From Myxococcota bacterium (GTDB lineage Bacteria > Myxococcota_A > UBA9160 > UBA6930), in NCBI GenBank assembly GCA_965223415.1, contig OZ245002.1, forward strand, positions 4,928,001 to 4,992,000: a DNA stretch of 64,000 bases. The letters are read 5' to 3'. The stretch's first letter is position 1, and the number at the start of each line of letters is the position of its first letter. The notes beneath the pieces are model-generated. The model saw only the letters and a program-made list of their open reading frames with translations. It ran no database searches and had not been told where the DNA came from. Below, piece after piece: positions 7,580 to 17,195 of this stretch. Made by a program: the position numbers and the translations under genes.

Positions 7580-8239
7580 CTACGTCGAGCGGCTCGCATT
7601 CGCAGGAGGCGGGTAGCTCGCGCCGCCGGCGCTTCGATGCGTGCTAAGGAACTTCAGCGCACGCTCAAGCGTTCCGAAGCAAGGTAGCGCCGCACCACGG
7701 ACAGTGTTGAAGTCGATCATCCTCGTCATCGGTAGCTGGTCCAGGGTGGGCTTGTACGAACGACCGGCGGGAAAGTGTCGTGAGAGCCATCCCTTCGCGC
7801 CGCGGATCGCCTGAGGGTCATCGGGTGGGAGAGCGTCTTCGACGAGCCCTGGGCGCTCTTGACCGGACGAGCCAACAAGAGGGCGGCCTGCCATCTCTGC
7901 GACACATGGCAGGAAGAGCACCTCGTACTCGCGGTGGAGGAGGACAACTGCGACCGGAAAGGAGAGCCCGAGGCCGGCTGTCCATGACGCTACGAGAGGG
8001 CCGATCTCTGCCGGGCACCCGTCGTCTTCGTCGTGGAGAATCAGCAGCGCGTCCGCGTTTTTCTTCGTCGCTACGACTCGACACCCCCGCTCGATGCTCT
8101 CCTTCAGGGTGATCTTGGACCAACGCATCGGGTTGGACCATGGCATGTAGGGAAGGCCGAGATCAGCCCACAAGCGGCTGAGTAGGTTGCCGACTGCCTC
8201 GACCTCACCGCGTCCTTCAACTAGCACGTAGCCGGGCAT
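7580..8239 (-). CDS. DUF4276-family (TOPRIM-like) protein
   Basis: N-terminal VLVEGRGE, ILHDEDD (DxD), REYEVLFL, GAKGWLS..YKPTLDQ, directly downstream of an ABC/AAA ATPase. Confidence 0.8.
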   Translation of the reverse strand: MPGYVLVEGRGEVEAVGNLLSRLWADLGLPYMPWSNPMRWSKITLKESIERGCRVVATKKNADALLILHDEDDGCPAEIGPLVASWTAGLGLSFPVAVVLLHREYEVLFLPCVAEMAGRPLVGSSGQERPGLVEDALPPDDPQAIRGAKGWLSRHFPAGRSYKPTLDQLPMTRMIDFNTVRGAALPCFGTLERALKFLSTHRSAGGASYPPPANASRST

Positions 8240-8256
8240 GGGTCTTCTTGCGCCGT

Positions 8257-9390
8257 TCAGTCCTGCGGAAAGCCCAGTTCTTGCTGGAAGCCTTCGACCC
8301 GAAGAACTTCGCCGAGGGTCATCAGCCCCGCGGTGACTGCCTGTCGCTGTGACTCCTGCATTGGGGCGATCGTGGTCTCACTTCCGCGGCGAGCAACGAC
8401 TCGAACGTGGTCGGCATCGAAGCGGTCGAGGAGGTCTGGGCTGTGCGTAGTCACGACAATCTGGCTGTAGTTGGATGCCTCAGCGATGTAGTCATAGATC
8501 AACGGGAGGGCACCTGGATGGACGGTGAGTTCCGGCTCCTCGATGCCGATAAGCGCGGGGCGTGGCTCCTGCTTCAGCGCAGTGATGATTCCTGCGACGC
8601 GGAGCGTCCCGTCGGATTCCTGCGCAGCGTCTAGCCACTTCAGCTTCTTCTTGAGGCCGGCACGGTGGTGGTGTTTGAATGTGACAGTGAGATACCCACC
8701 CGCCTGCTGGACTTTGATGTCCTCCACGTCGCCAGCGAGCTTGTTGAGTGCCTCGACTAGGTCGGGCTTCCAGTCACCCTGTTTCATGTCTTTGAGAATC
8801 GACACCCAGTTCGAGCCGTGCTGGTCCATCGGACGCGTCGCATCGTAGACGTGTGGCGTCCGAAGGGTGTCGGGGAAGATCGAGTAGACCGCGATGCTCC
8901 TGAGAACACGGGCGAGCGGTGCGAAACGTGTGTCCCCGGCGACGAGAGGGAGCACGAGACTCATCGGGTCAACTTCAGGGCGCAGATCGCTAGGCATATC
9001 TCGCCATTCCTGCTCAACGCGATGAATCCGGTGGGACCCACTCTCCCCGGTTACCGAGGCGACCTCGGACTTGACGCGATAGTCCTCGGTTCGGTCGCCC
9101 CCCAACGTGAACTGGTAGATGCCCGAGAACGAGGTGTTCTTGATCGTCAGCTGCACATTGAGGTCGAAGGGGGCACCAGAGCTGAACCGTCGGACCCTTC
9201 CGATGCCGCCGCGGCGGCTGATGGCTCCCTCAAGGCCGATCTGCACGCACTCGGAGACGAAACGGAGGAGGTCAACCGCGTTGCTCTTTCCAGAGCCATT
9301 GGGTCCAACGAGCGCCGTCAGGTTGTCCAGCTTCAGCCGAACGTCTCGCCCGAGGCTTCGGAAGTTGGATGCGCGGAGTTCCGTGATCAC
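8257..9390 (-). CDS. AAA_21 / ABC-type ATPase
   Basis: NFRSL, Walker A GPNGSGKS, signature-like ESDGTLR, Walker B IGIEEPE, H-loop TTHSP. Confidence 0.92.
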   Translation of the reverse strand: MITELRASNFRSLGRDVRLKLDNLTALVGPNGSGKSNAVDLLRFVSECVQIGLEGAISRRGGIGRVRRFSSGAPFDLNVQLTIKNTSFSGIYQFTLGGDRTEDYRVKSEVASVTGESGSHRIHRVEQEWRDMPSDLRPEVDPMSLVLPLVAGDTRFAPLARVLRSIAVYSIFPDTLRTPHVYDATRPMDQHGSNWVSILKDMKQGDWKPDLVEALNKLAGDVEDIKVQQAGGYLTVTFKHHHRAGLKKKLKWLDAAQESDGTLRVAGIITALKQEPRPALIGIEEPELTVHPGALPLIYDYIAEASNYSQIVVTTHSPDLLDRFDADHVRVVARRGSETTIAPMQESQRQAVTAGLMTLGEVLRVEGFQQELGFPQD

Positions 9391-9637
9391 CTGGTTCGGT
9401 CCAGAAGCGGCGCCCCACAATAGCCGGATTCCCCGGGGGACGCTCAAGCGGCCCACGGCAGCCGCAGTCGCGTCCCGAAGCGGTCCCCGCTACCACGTCC
9501 GCTCCCCGGGGGCCAGGGCTCCCGGTCATGGGGGCACCGCAGCCGCGCGGCCCTCTCCTTGGCTTTCCCGCGACCGAGAATCGTCTCAACCCGGCTCGTG
9601 CGGGCTGCCGATAAGGGGGCGAGGAGGTGGCGCGACC

Positions 9638-10108
9638 GTGGGGACGACGACTCGGCGATGGCTTGCCCAGCTGGCGGTGTGCCTTCTCTTCGCAGTGGCC
9701 CCGGCTTCGGCTGAAGACGAGGCGCTATGCGAAGGCAAGAACCCCCAGCACTGCAACGACGGCACCAACCAGGAGAAGAGCTGGGAGGAGGGTGCGCCGC
9801 CGGCCGCTTCCGAGAGCCCCACTGCGCCCTCCGATGGCGAGGTCGCGGTCGAGAAGTCCGAGGAACGCTGCGCGGGGAGGAACCCGCTCCACTGTGGCGG
9901 TCTGAGCGTGAAATCCCGCGACGAGGACGAGGTGGCGACCGACATGCCGCCCGGTGCGTGCGAGGGCCGGAACCCGAAGTTCTGCCAGGAGGTCGAGCCC
10001 GAGCCGGAGGTCGAAGAGGAGCCGCGAGAGCGCGAACGCTCGAACCCCAACAGCCGAAACCCCAACCGGAATCCCAACCGGAGGTCTCGGAAGGGCGGAG
10101 GAGACTAG
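9638..10108 (+). CDS. Secreted hypothetical protein with three CxG(K/R)NPxxC repeats
   Basis: GAGGAGG upstream of GTG, signal peptide ending APASA, repeats CEGKNPQHC, CAGRNPLHC and CEGRNPKFC. Confidence 0.7.
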   Translation: MGTTTRRWLAQLAVCLLFAVAPASAEDEALCEGKNPQHCNDGTNQEKSWEEGAPPAASESPTAPSDGEVAVEKSEERCAGRNPLHCGGLSVKSRDEDEVATDMPPGACEGRNPKFCQEVEPEPEVEEEPRERERSNPNSRNPNRNPNRRSRKGGGD

Positions 10109-10662
10109 GCCTCCCGCTGCGGCTCGGGGGGCTGGCCGGGTCGGATGCCGCGGTAGGTGAGCACGCCCGAAGCCGGATCCGTGCTGGCGCCCTGGATTCG
10201 CGGCAGGACGGCCGTCGCATACTCCCGAAACGCCTCGTCGTCGGCGAGCTGCTCGAGACGTCGGCCGATCGTCGGGAAGGTGCCGAAGGAAGCGGAGATC
10301 TGGACGATCTCCTCCCGGTAGACCTCGTCGTTCACGCTCTTCGCGCCCTGGAAGCCGCGCCAGAGGCCGAAGAGGAGCTCGTTCATCAGCTGGACGAAGC
10401 GCTCCGCGTCGGTGTCGTCCAGCGGCTCTCCAGCGCAGCCCCTATGCCAGATCGCCGTGAGGTCCGGCTGCTCGACGAGCAGGGTCCGCCAGCGCGACAG
10501 GTCCTTGAAGTTGCGATCGGCGACCGCACGTCGCGCGGTGCGGCTGTTCTCGTCCAGGGCCCGGGTGTTCTGACGCAGCTGCGCCAGCAGGAAGATGAGG
10601 GTGACGACGACGGCGGCCGCGCCGACGACTTCACCGATCGCGCCGATCGCTTCCCAGCTCAT
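10105..10662 (-). CDS. Hypothetical protein with N-terminal TM helix
   Basis: MSWEAIGAIGEVVGAAAVVVTLIFLLAQLRQNT N-terminus, normal codon pattern. Confidence 0.8.
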   Translation of the reverse strand: MSWEAIGAIGEVVGAAAVVVTLIFLLAQLRQNTRALDENSRTARRAVADRNFKDLSRWRTLLVEQPDLTAIWHRGCAGEPLDDTDAERFVQLMNELLFGLWRGFQGAKSVNDEVYREEIVQISASFGTFPTIGRRLEQLADDEAFREYATAVLPRIQGASTDPASGVLTYRGIRPGQPPEPQREA

Positions 10663-10734
10663 GAGGGTTCCTTCAGCAAGGGTTCTGCGAGCTCGCGGGG
10701 AGCCTAGGCCATCGAGCCGGGTGGCTCCGGGAGC

Positions 10735-13068
10735 TCACGATTTCGGGTGGGCGATCGCCCGGGCCAGCGGCGCCAGGACGAACGAGAGCGCCACGCCGAC
10801 GCCCGTCGTCACGCCGATGGCGCGCAGCGCCGGATGGGAGGAGAGCGCGAGGGTGCCGAACACGAAGACCGTCGTGAGGCACGAGAGCAGCAGGCTCAGC
10901 AACGTGGCCTCCAGGCCGGGACGGTCCCGCGCGTCCACCACGAAGATGCCGTAGTCCACGCCCATGCCCATCACGAGGAGCAGGCTGATCGCGTGGAGGA
11001 GGTTCGCCTCCTGCCCCAGCAGGCCCAGCCCGCCGAGCAGCAGCACAGCCGTGGCCACCGAGGGGAGGAGCGCGGCAACGGTCGGGCGCCAGCGGCGGTA
11101 GCGCGCCGCCAGCAGCAGGACGACGAGGCCGGAGCCCACGGCCATCTGCCGCAGCGTCGTGGCCCGGAACTCGCCGAACAGGTCGTCGATGAGGGCGGTC
11201 TGGTCGAAGAGGCGGGCGCCGGGCACCTCGGCCACCGCCGCCGCCACGCGACCCTCCTGCCGCACGCCGCGCAGGTAGGTGATCAGGGCCAGGTCGTCGC
11301 CGACCGGTGCGACGAGGGAGTCGACGAGGGGGGCCAGGGGCGAGGCCTGCAGGCCGTCCAGGGTGAGGGGCGCGGGGGGTGGTGCGGCGAGGGTCTCGAG
11401 GAAGGGCGCGACGGCGCCAGCGCGGAAACCCTCGGCGACGAAGGCCGCCTCGATGCGCGCACCCAGCTCCGGATCCCCGCGCACGGCGGCCTGGCTCTGG
11501 CGCTGCAGCTCCGCCGGCCACAAGAGGGCGTGGAGCGAGCGGATGCCGTCGAGCGCGCCGTGGCCGACGGCCTCTTCGAGGCGCTCGGACAGCTTGCGGT
11601 TGCGCTCCAGGGCCGTCGCCTCGTCGCCGGCGCGCAGCAGGACCAGGCGGCTCGTATCGAACTGGGAGAGGCGTTCGCGCACACGCCGGTCCTCCGCCAC
11701 GAGCTGCGGGTCGAGCTGGGAGAGGCCGCGGAGATCGTTGCTCCAGTGCAGGCGGGGGAGGCCCATCGCTGCCACCGCCAGGCAGGCCACCAGCACGAGC
11801 AGGCTCGCCGGGCGTCGCGCGGCCAGGCGCTCGGCGCCGCGGGCCAGGCGCCCGGCCAGGCGCTCGGCGGCCGGTGCCGGCCGCTCCGGCCCGAGCAGGA
11901 CGGGGAGCACGCCGAGGGTGACGGCCAGGGCGACCGCCACCCCGATCATCGCGATGAGCCCCATCTCGCGGAAGCCCGGGAAGTCCGTGAGCGCGAGGCC
12001 GGCGAAGCTGGCGATGGTGGTGAAGGCGCCCAGGGCGAGGGTCGGGCGGAGCGCCCGCCGGGTGGCGGCCGGGGTCGTGCCCGGTGGCGCGAAGGCGTGG
12101 TGGTTCACCAGGTGGATCGCGTAGTCGATGGCGACGCCGGTCAGGCTGGTGCCGAACGCGAGAGTGAGGACGTCGAGATCCCCGAGCAGGACGATCCCCG
12201 CGCAGACGGCGACGAGCATGCCGAGGAGCGGGGGAAGGAAGGCCAGACCCAGGAGTCGCGGGGCTCGGAGCAGCCCGACGAAGAGGAGCCCCAGCCCGGC
12301 CACCGAGACGAGCGCGATCCGCAGGGCATCACCGCGGATGGTGCGCTCGATGCGCACCGCGAAGCGGTTGATGCCGCTCGCCTCGAGGACGAGATCGTCG
12401 CCGGAATGCGCCAGGCGAAGCGCCGCGAAGGCGTCGCCGATCGCGGCGACGAGCGGGGCCTGGCGGGCGGTGTCGAAGGCCGGTGGCCGGGTCTGGACGA
12501 GGAGCAAGGCGTGGCGGCCGTCCGGGGACACGAACTGCCCCGCCTCCACCCGCAAGCCCGGGTCGGTTCCGCGCACGCGCGCCAGGATGCGCTCGAAGCC
12601 GCCCAGGGGATCGCGGGCGACGAGCCCCGCCCAGGCCGATCCGCCCGGAGCCGCGAGTCGAGCCCGGGCCGATCGGGCGGCTGCGCGCAGGGCGGCGTCG
12701 GCAGTGAGCGCGTCGATCTCCTCGGGCGTCTCGGCCAGGAAGCCCAGGCGATGGTGAAAGTACGTCGCGTGAAGCGCGGCCGGGAGCTCCGGGTCCGGCG
12801 TCACCCGGGCCCAGGCGATCTCCGGATGGGCTCGCAGGCGCTCCGCCAGCTCGCGGGCCGCCGCGCGGGCGCGAGCCGGACGGCGTGCGCCCACGCTCAG
12901 GACCATGCCCCGCGTGGGCGCGGAAGCGGCCAGGGCGCGCACGAGGGCGCCCTCCCCTGCGGCCTGCTCGGGCAGGAAGTGGGTCACGTCCGTGCGCAAG
13001 CCGAGCTGGCTCGTCGCGAAGGCCAGCAGCACGGCCGCCACCGCGAAGACCGCCAGCCAGGCCCTCAC
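10735..13068 (-). CDS. MMPL/RND-family exporter (aryl-polyene cluster type)
   Basis: Two TM blocks with GVAIDYAIH and GMGVDYGIF motifs, large periplasmic loops. Confidence 0.88.
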   Translation of the reverse strand: MRAWLAVFAVAAVLLAFATSQLGLRTDVTHFLPEQAAGEGALVRALAASAPTRGMVLSVGARRPARARAAARELAERLRAHPEIAWARVTPDPELPAALHATYFHHRLGFLAETPEEIDALTADAALRAAARSARARLAAPGGSAWAGLVARDPLGGFERILARVRGTDPGLRVEAGQFVSPDGRHALLLVQTRPPAFDTARQAPLVAAIGDAFAALRLAHSGDDLVLEASGINRFAVRIERTIRGDALRIALVSVAGLGLLFVGLLRAPRLLGLAFLPPLLGMLVAVCAGIVLLGDLDVLTLAFGTSLTGVAIDYAIHLVNHHAFAPPGTTPAATRRALRPTLALGAFTTIASFAGLALTDFPGFREMGLIAMIGVAVALAVTLGVLPVLLGPERPAPAAERLAGRLARGAERLAARRPASLLVLVACLAVAAMGLPRLHWSNDLRGLSQLDPQLVAEDRRVRERLSQFDTSRLVLLRAGDEATALERNRKLSERLEEAVGHGALDGIRSLHALLWPAELQRQSQAAVRGDPELGARIEAAFVAEGFRAGAVAPFLETLAAPPPAPLTLDGLQASPLAPLVDSLVAPVGDDLALITYLRGVRQEGRVAAAVAEVPGARLFDQTALIDDLFGEFRATTLRQMAVGSGLVVLLLAARYRRWRPTVAALLPSVATAVLLLGGLGLLGQEANLLHAISLLLVMGMGVDYGIFVVDARDRPGLEATLLSLLLSCLTTVFVFGTLALSSHPALRAIGVTTGVGVALSFVLAPLARAIAHPKS

Positions 13069-13703
13069 GGCGACGGGTCGGCGCCGAAGAACCGGGCCCG
13101 CTCCTCGGCGGAGAGGGGACGATCGGTCTCGAGCCCGTGCAGGCGGGTGATCGCGTGGCCGCCGCCGGGCTCCTGGAGCTCGAGGGACACGAGTCCCGTG
13201 CCCCGTCCCCGCAGCGCGAGGCGCTCGACGAAGCGACGGGCACCGGCCGAGCGCGGCACCAGGGCGAGCACCCAGCTGCCGTCCCGGGCCTGGAAATCGA
13301 GCTCGTAGCGCTCGCGGAGGGTGGCGAGGTCTCCGGCGAAGATGGCGCGCAGCTCCTCGGCTACGCGACGTGCCGCCGGCTCGGTGAGGTCTCCCGGGCC
13401 CGCCTGGCCCTCGACCCGCAGCTCGTCCCCGTCGAGCACCAGGCGCGTGGCGCTCGGCGTCTCGGTGGTGCGGGCGAAGCGGTCCGGCGGCACCACGGCG
13501 ATGTGTCCGTGGGACTCGATCGGCTCGGCGAGGAGCGGCAGGGTGCGCACCTCGACGAAGCCGGTGCGCAGGCCCGGGCTCCCGGCCAGGCGATCCATCA
13601 GCGCGTCGAGGCTGGGCTCGGCGGCGGCGCTGCTGGCCGCCGCGAGGGTCGCGGCGGCCAGCACGCCGGCGATGCGGCGCCTAGCCACCGGCCCGCGCCT
13701 CAT
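13065..13703 (-). CDS. LolA-like outer-membrane lipoprotein carrier protein
   Basis: Signal peptide, F-x-E-x-R-x-L-x-LL-x-EP..S-x-G motif, WVLALVP, position within the cluster. Confidence 0.8.
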   Translation of the reverse strand: MRRGPVARRRIAGVLAAATLAAASSAAAEPSLDALMDRLAGSPGLRTGFVEVRTLPLLAEPIESHGHIAVVPPDRFARTTETPSATRLVLDGDELRVEGQAGPGDLTEPAARRVAEELRAIFAGDLATLRERYELDFQARDGSWVLALVPRSAGARRFVERLALRGRGTGLVSLELQEPGGGHAITRLHGLETDRPLSAEERARFFGADPSP

Positions 13704-14307
13704 CCTCGGGCGGCGGCCGGAACAGCCGGCGGAAGAGCGGCTCCACGGGCGTGCCCGCATAGCGCCCGAAGCGCCAGGCCCGCACGACGAACTCGGCGGC
13801 GAACAGGAGCCCGATCAGCAGGTAGGACACGAGGCCCGTGTAGAGGGTCCAGAGCCAGGTCGGCCCGACCCAGGCGAGCCGGGCGCAGACGGCACCGTTG
13901 GTGAGGAAGAAGACGCACCAGATCCCGGTCACGCTGCGGCAGTAGCGAACCTCGTCCGGGGGCAGATCCGGGACCTGCATGCGCGCGAAGGTCTCGACGA
14001 GCGGCGGCCCGGTGACGAGGGTGCGGGCGAAGGCCACGAGCAGGGCCAGGTTCACCACGACCGGCACCAGCAGGAGCGCGTGCTCGTCGTTGGCCGCGAC
14101 GGTGAACGCCAGCGCGGCCGCCACCAGGAGGGCCGGCGCGAGCAGGCGGCGAAGGTCCTCGGCTCGGGGGGCCCGGGCCCGCGCGAGCCCGCGCAGCAGG
14201 AGGAGCCCGGCGATGCCCAGCGCCACCCAGCGGGCCTCCAGCAGCCGAAGGCCGGCGAAGACGAGGAACGGGTAGCCGACGCCCAGCGCCACCTGGAGCG
14301 CCTTCAT
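13681..14307 (-). CDS. COG4648-type membrane protein
   Basis: YPFLVF, FARTL..GPPLVETFAR, YCRSVTGIWCVFF, WTLYTGLVSYLLIG. Confidence 0.82.
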   Translation of the reverse strand: MKALQVALGVGYPFLVFAGLRLLEARWVALGIAGLLLLRGLARARAPRAEDLRRLLAPALLVAAALAFTVAANDEHALLLVPVVVNLALLVAFARTLVTGPPLVETFARMQVPDLPPDEVRYCRSVTGIWCVFFLTNGAVCARLAWVGPTWLWTLYTGLVSYLLIGLLFAAEFVVRAWRFGRYAGTPVEPLFRRLFRPPPEDEARAGG

Positions 14308-15023
14308 TGCCGGAACCCGAGATGGCGCGCGATCGTCTCGAGCACGAGCCGCGCGTGCAGGGCCGAGATCCGCAGGTTGTCGCGCAGCATCTGGAAGTGG
14401 GAGACGCCGCCCTCTTCCGTCGTCAGGTAGCGGACCCGCGTCGGCAGGTTCACGACCGGGACGCCCCGCCAGACCATGCGGACCGGAAGCTCCTGGTCGA
14501 ACTGCATGCGGTTGCCGCGGGCGCGCGCGGCCAGTGCCGCCTCCGCCGGGTAGACGCGGAAGCCGCACTGGGGATCGGCGATCACCCGCCCCCCGGTCTC
14601 CAGGTCCACCCAGAACCGGCTGATCTGGCGGCCGATCGCGCGGCCCCGGGGCTGGGTGCGGTCGAAGACCGGCTGGCCGAGCACCAGCGCCTCGGGGTGC
14701 GCCCGCGCGGCCTCGAGAAAGCGCGGCAGATCGTCGATGCGGTGCTGCCCGTCCGCGTCGATCTGGATCGCGTGGCTGAAGCCCCGGCGCCGCGCGACGG
14801 CCAGGCCCTCCTTCACGGCGGCGCCCTTCCCGCCGTTCGTCGGGCGCCTGTGGATCGTCGCGAGCTCGGCCAGGGCCTGGACCGCGGCTCGTCCCTCCGC
14901 GCCGCTGCCGTCGTCCACCACGATCACGTCGTCCAGGTGCTTGCGGATCTCGCGCACGACCGTCCCGACGGTGCGGGGGTTGTCGAAGGTCGGGACGAGT
15001 GCGCAGAAGCGGGGCGACGTCAT
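14304..15023 (-). CDS. Glycosyltransferase family 2
   Basis: VPTFDN, VVDDGS, NGGKGAA, IDADGQH, DPQCGFRVY. Confidence 0.92.
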   Translation of the reverse strand: MTSPRFCALVPTFDNPRTVGTVVREIRKHLDDVIVVDDGSGAEGRAAVQALAELATIHRRPTNGGKGAAVKEGLAVARRRGFSHAIQIDADGQHRIDDLPRFLEAARAHPEALVLGQPVFDRTQPRGRAIGRQISRFWVDLETGGRVIADPQCGFRVYPAEAALAARARGNRMQFDQELPVRMVWRGVPVVNLPTRVRYLTTEEGGVSHFQMLRDNLRISALHARLVLETIARHLGFRQ

Positions 15024-15024
15024 G

Positions 15025-16254
15025 TCAGCCGTCGCGTCGGAAGACCAGGGAGGTGTTCACGCCGCCGAAGGCGAAGTTGTTGCTCACCGCCACCGTCACC
15101 TCCGCCTCCCGCGGCTCGTCGCGCACATAGTCGAGGGACGCGCAGCGCGGGTCGGGCGACGCCAGGTTCAGGTTCGGCGCCAACCAGCCCTCCCGCATCA
15201 TCCCGATCGTGAGCCAGGCCTCGATGGAGCCGCAGGCGCCCAGCGCGTGGCCCAGGTGCCCCTTGAGCGTGCTCACCGGCACCCGGTCCCCGAAGACGGC
15301 CGCGGTCGCCTGGCTCTCGGCGATGTCGCCCACCTCGGTGGCGGTCCCGTGGGCGTTCACGTAGTCGACGGCCTCGGCCGGGAGCCCGGCGCTCGCCAGG
15401 CCCATGCGCATGACCGTCTCCATGCCCTCGGCGTCCGGGTTCGTGATGTGGCGCCCGTCGCAGTTGGTGGCGAAGCCCAGCACCTCGGCGTGGATCGTGG
15501 CGCCCCGCGACAGGGCGTGCTCGCGCTCCTCCAGCACGAAGGTCGCGGCGCCCTCGGAGCACACGAGCCCGTCCCGGTCCACGTCGAAGGGGCGCGGGGT
15601 GGCCTCAGGCGCATCGTTGCGGGTCGAGGCGGCGAACAGGATGTCGAAGACCGCCGCGTCGATCAGCCCGAGCTCCTCGGCGCCGCCGGCCACCATGATC
15701 TTCTGGTGGCCGTGCTTCACCGCCTCGTAGCCATAGCCGATGCCCTGACTGCCCGAGGTGCAGGCGGAGCACGTGGGCACGACCCGGCCGCGCAGCTGGA
15801 AGAACTGGGCCAGGTTGGCGGCGCAGGTGTGGCTCATGAAGCGGATGTACTCGTTGGCCCCGATCCCGCTCAGGCTCTGGCGCCGGTAGAAGCGCTCGGC
15901 CCAGGCGTCGAGGGCGCCGGGGCTCCCGGCGGTGGACCCGTAGGCCACGCCGGTCGTGCCGTCGGAGAGCTCCGCGCCGCCCAGGAGCCCGGCGTCCTCG
16001 AGGGCGGCCTCGGTGGCGCGGACGGCCATGGCCGAATCCCGCCCCATGGTGCGGGTCTTCTTGCGCGGCCAGCTCCGCGGCGTCTCGAAGCCCGGCACCG
16101 GGGCCCCGAGGCGCGTCTTGAGCCCGCCCATGAAGCCCCATTCGTCGAGCACCCGCGTGCCGCTGCGCCCGGCCAGGAGGCCGTCGCGTACGGTCTTCCA
16201 CTCCTGCCCGAGGGAGCAGAGCCCGCCCATTCCGGTGATCACGACGCGGTTCAT
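15025..16254 (-). CDS. Beta-ketoacyl-ACP synthase (FabF-like, aryl-polyene cluster type)
   Basis: RVVITG, SACTSG catalytic Cys, NAHGTAT, KGHLGH, NNFAFGGVN. Confidence 0.93.
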   Translation of the reverse strand: MNRVVITGMGGLCSLGQEWKTVRDGLLAGRSGTRVLDEWGFMGGLKTRLGAPVPGFETPRSWPRKKTRTMGRDSAMAVRATEAALEDAGLLGGAELSDGTTGVAYGSTAGSPGALDAWAERFYRRQSLSGIGANEYIRFMSHTCAANLAQFFQLRGRVVPTCSACTSGSQGIGYGYEAVKHGHQKIMVAGGAEELGLIDAAVFDILFAASTRNDAPEATPRPFDVDRDGLVCSEGAATFVLEEREHALSRGATIHAEVLGFATNCDGRHITNPDAEGMETVMRMGLASAGLPAEAVDYVNAHGTATEVGDIAESQATAAVFGDRVPVSTLKGHLGHALGACGSIEAWLTIGMMREGWLAPNLNLASPDPRCASLDYVRDEPREAEVTVAVSNNFAFGGVNTSLVFRRDG

Positions 16255-17195
16255 GCCCGCGAGGCCTCCCCCCAGTAGTCGTAGAAGTTGAACCACTGGC
16301 GCGGAGCCAGCTTGCAGTAGTGCTCGAGACGACGAGCATAGAGCTGCGCCATCGCGTGGGCCCGGGCCTCTCGCTCGTTTCGCGGCGCGCGCGCCCCGCC
16401 CGGGGCGAGGGGCTCCGCGTGGATGTCGTAGTGCCGCCCCTTCCCGCGCAGGCCGACGACCAGCACCGCCGGACAGCCGAGGACCAGGGGCAGCAGGAAG
16501 GGACCCTCGGGCAGGGCGACCTTGCCGCCCAGGAGCTCCACCTCGCACACCCGGCCGCGATCCCCCGGCTCCACCCGGTCGGCCAGGATGGCGACGAGCT
16601 CGCCCCGGTCGATGCACGCCTTGATCTCGAAGCTCGTCCGCGCGGAGTCGGGATCGGCGCTGATGACGCGGAGCTCCGCGTCCGGTGAGAGCTCCCGGAA
16701 GATCTCGTTGATCTTCGGCGCATGGCGTGTGTACATGAGGACATTCACCGGCACGCGGTCGCGGGAGGAGAGCACGCGGAGCGCGTCGAAGCTCCCCAGG
16801 TGGGCGCCGAGGACGATCGCGCCCTTCCCCTCTACGAGGTGGGGCTCGAAGTGCTCCCGGCCGTGGAAGCGGAAGCCGAACGCGTGGGCCGATCCGCCCC
16901 ACAGGGCCACCCGGTCCGCGATCGAGGTGGCGAAGGCCCAGTAGTGCAGGAAGCACTGCCACAGGCCCGGCTTCCACGAGGGCGTCGGTGAGATGTGCGC
17001 CGCCACCCGGGCCAGGAAGGCCCGGGAGGCGGCGCGGCCCTTCCCATCGGTGACGAAGAAGTAGGCGACCACGCCCACCACGAGTGGAAGGCTCACGAGC
17101 CGCCCGAGGGTGCGCACGCTCCGCACGGTCAGGCGAAGGCCCCACATGGAGCCGCGTTCCTGGACCCGGCTCCAATGGCCGGTGGGCTCGCCCAT
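16251..17195 (-). CDS. Lipid A lauroyl/LpxL-like acyltransferase
   Basis: HWSRVQERGS, GAHLGSFD (HxxxxD), LADR, PRQWFNFYDYW. Confidence 0.85.
   Translation of the reverse strand: MGEPTGHWSRVQERGSMWGLRLTVRSVRTLGRLVSLPLVVGVVAYFFVTDGKGRAASRAFLARVAAHISPTPSWKPGLWQCFLHYWAFATSIADRVALWGGSAHAFGFRFHGREHFEPHLVEGKGAIVLGAHLGSFDALRVLSSRDRVPVNVLMYTRHAPKINEIFRELSPDAELRVISADPDSARTSFEIKACIDRGELVAILADRVEPGDRGRVCEVELLGGKVALPEGPFLLPLVLGCPAVLVVGLRGKGRHYDIHAEPLAPGGARAPRNEREARAHAMAQLYARRLEHYCKLAPRQWFNFYDYWGEASRA

Noticed and set aside
9420..9630. Partner tRNA or structured RNA at the right edge of the accessory region
   Set aside because: Short GC-rich inverted repeats only, with no T-loop, CCA or match to the tRNA fragment.
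10747..13308. 853-aa plus-strand ORF and similar long antisense or alternate-frame ORFs (e.g. 42498-45515, 43469-45736)
   Set aside because: Shadow ORFs typical of high-GC DNA. They overlap genes with clear family motifs and have none themselves.
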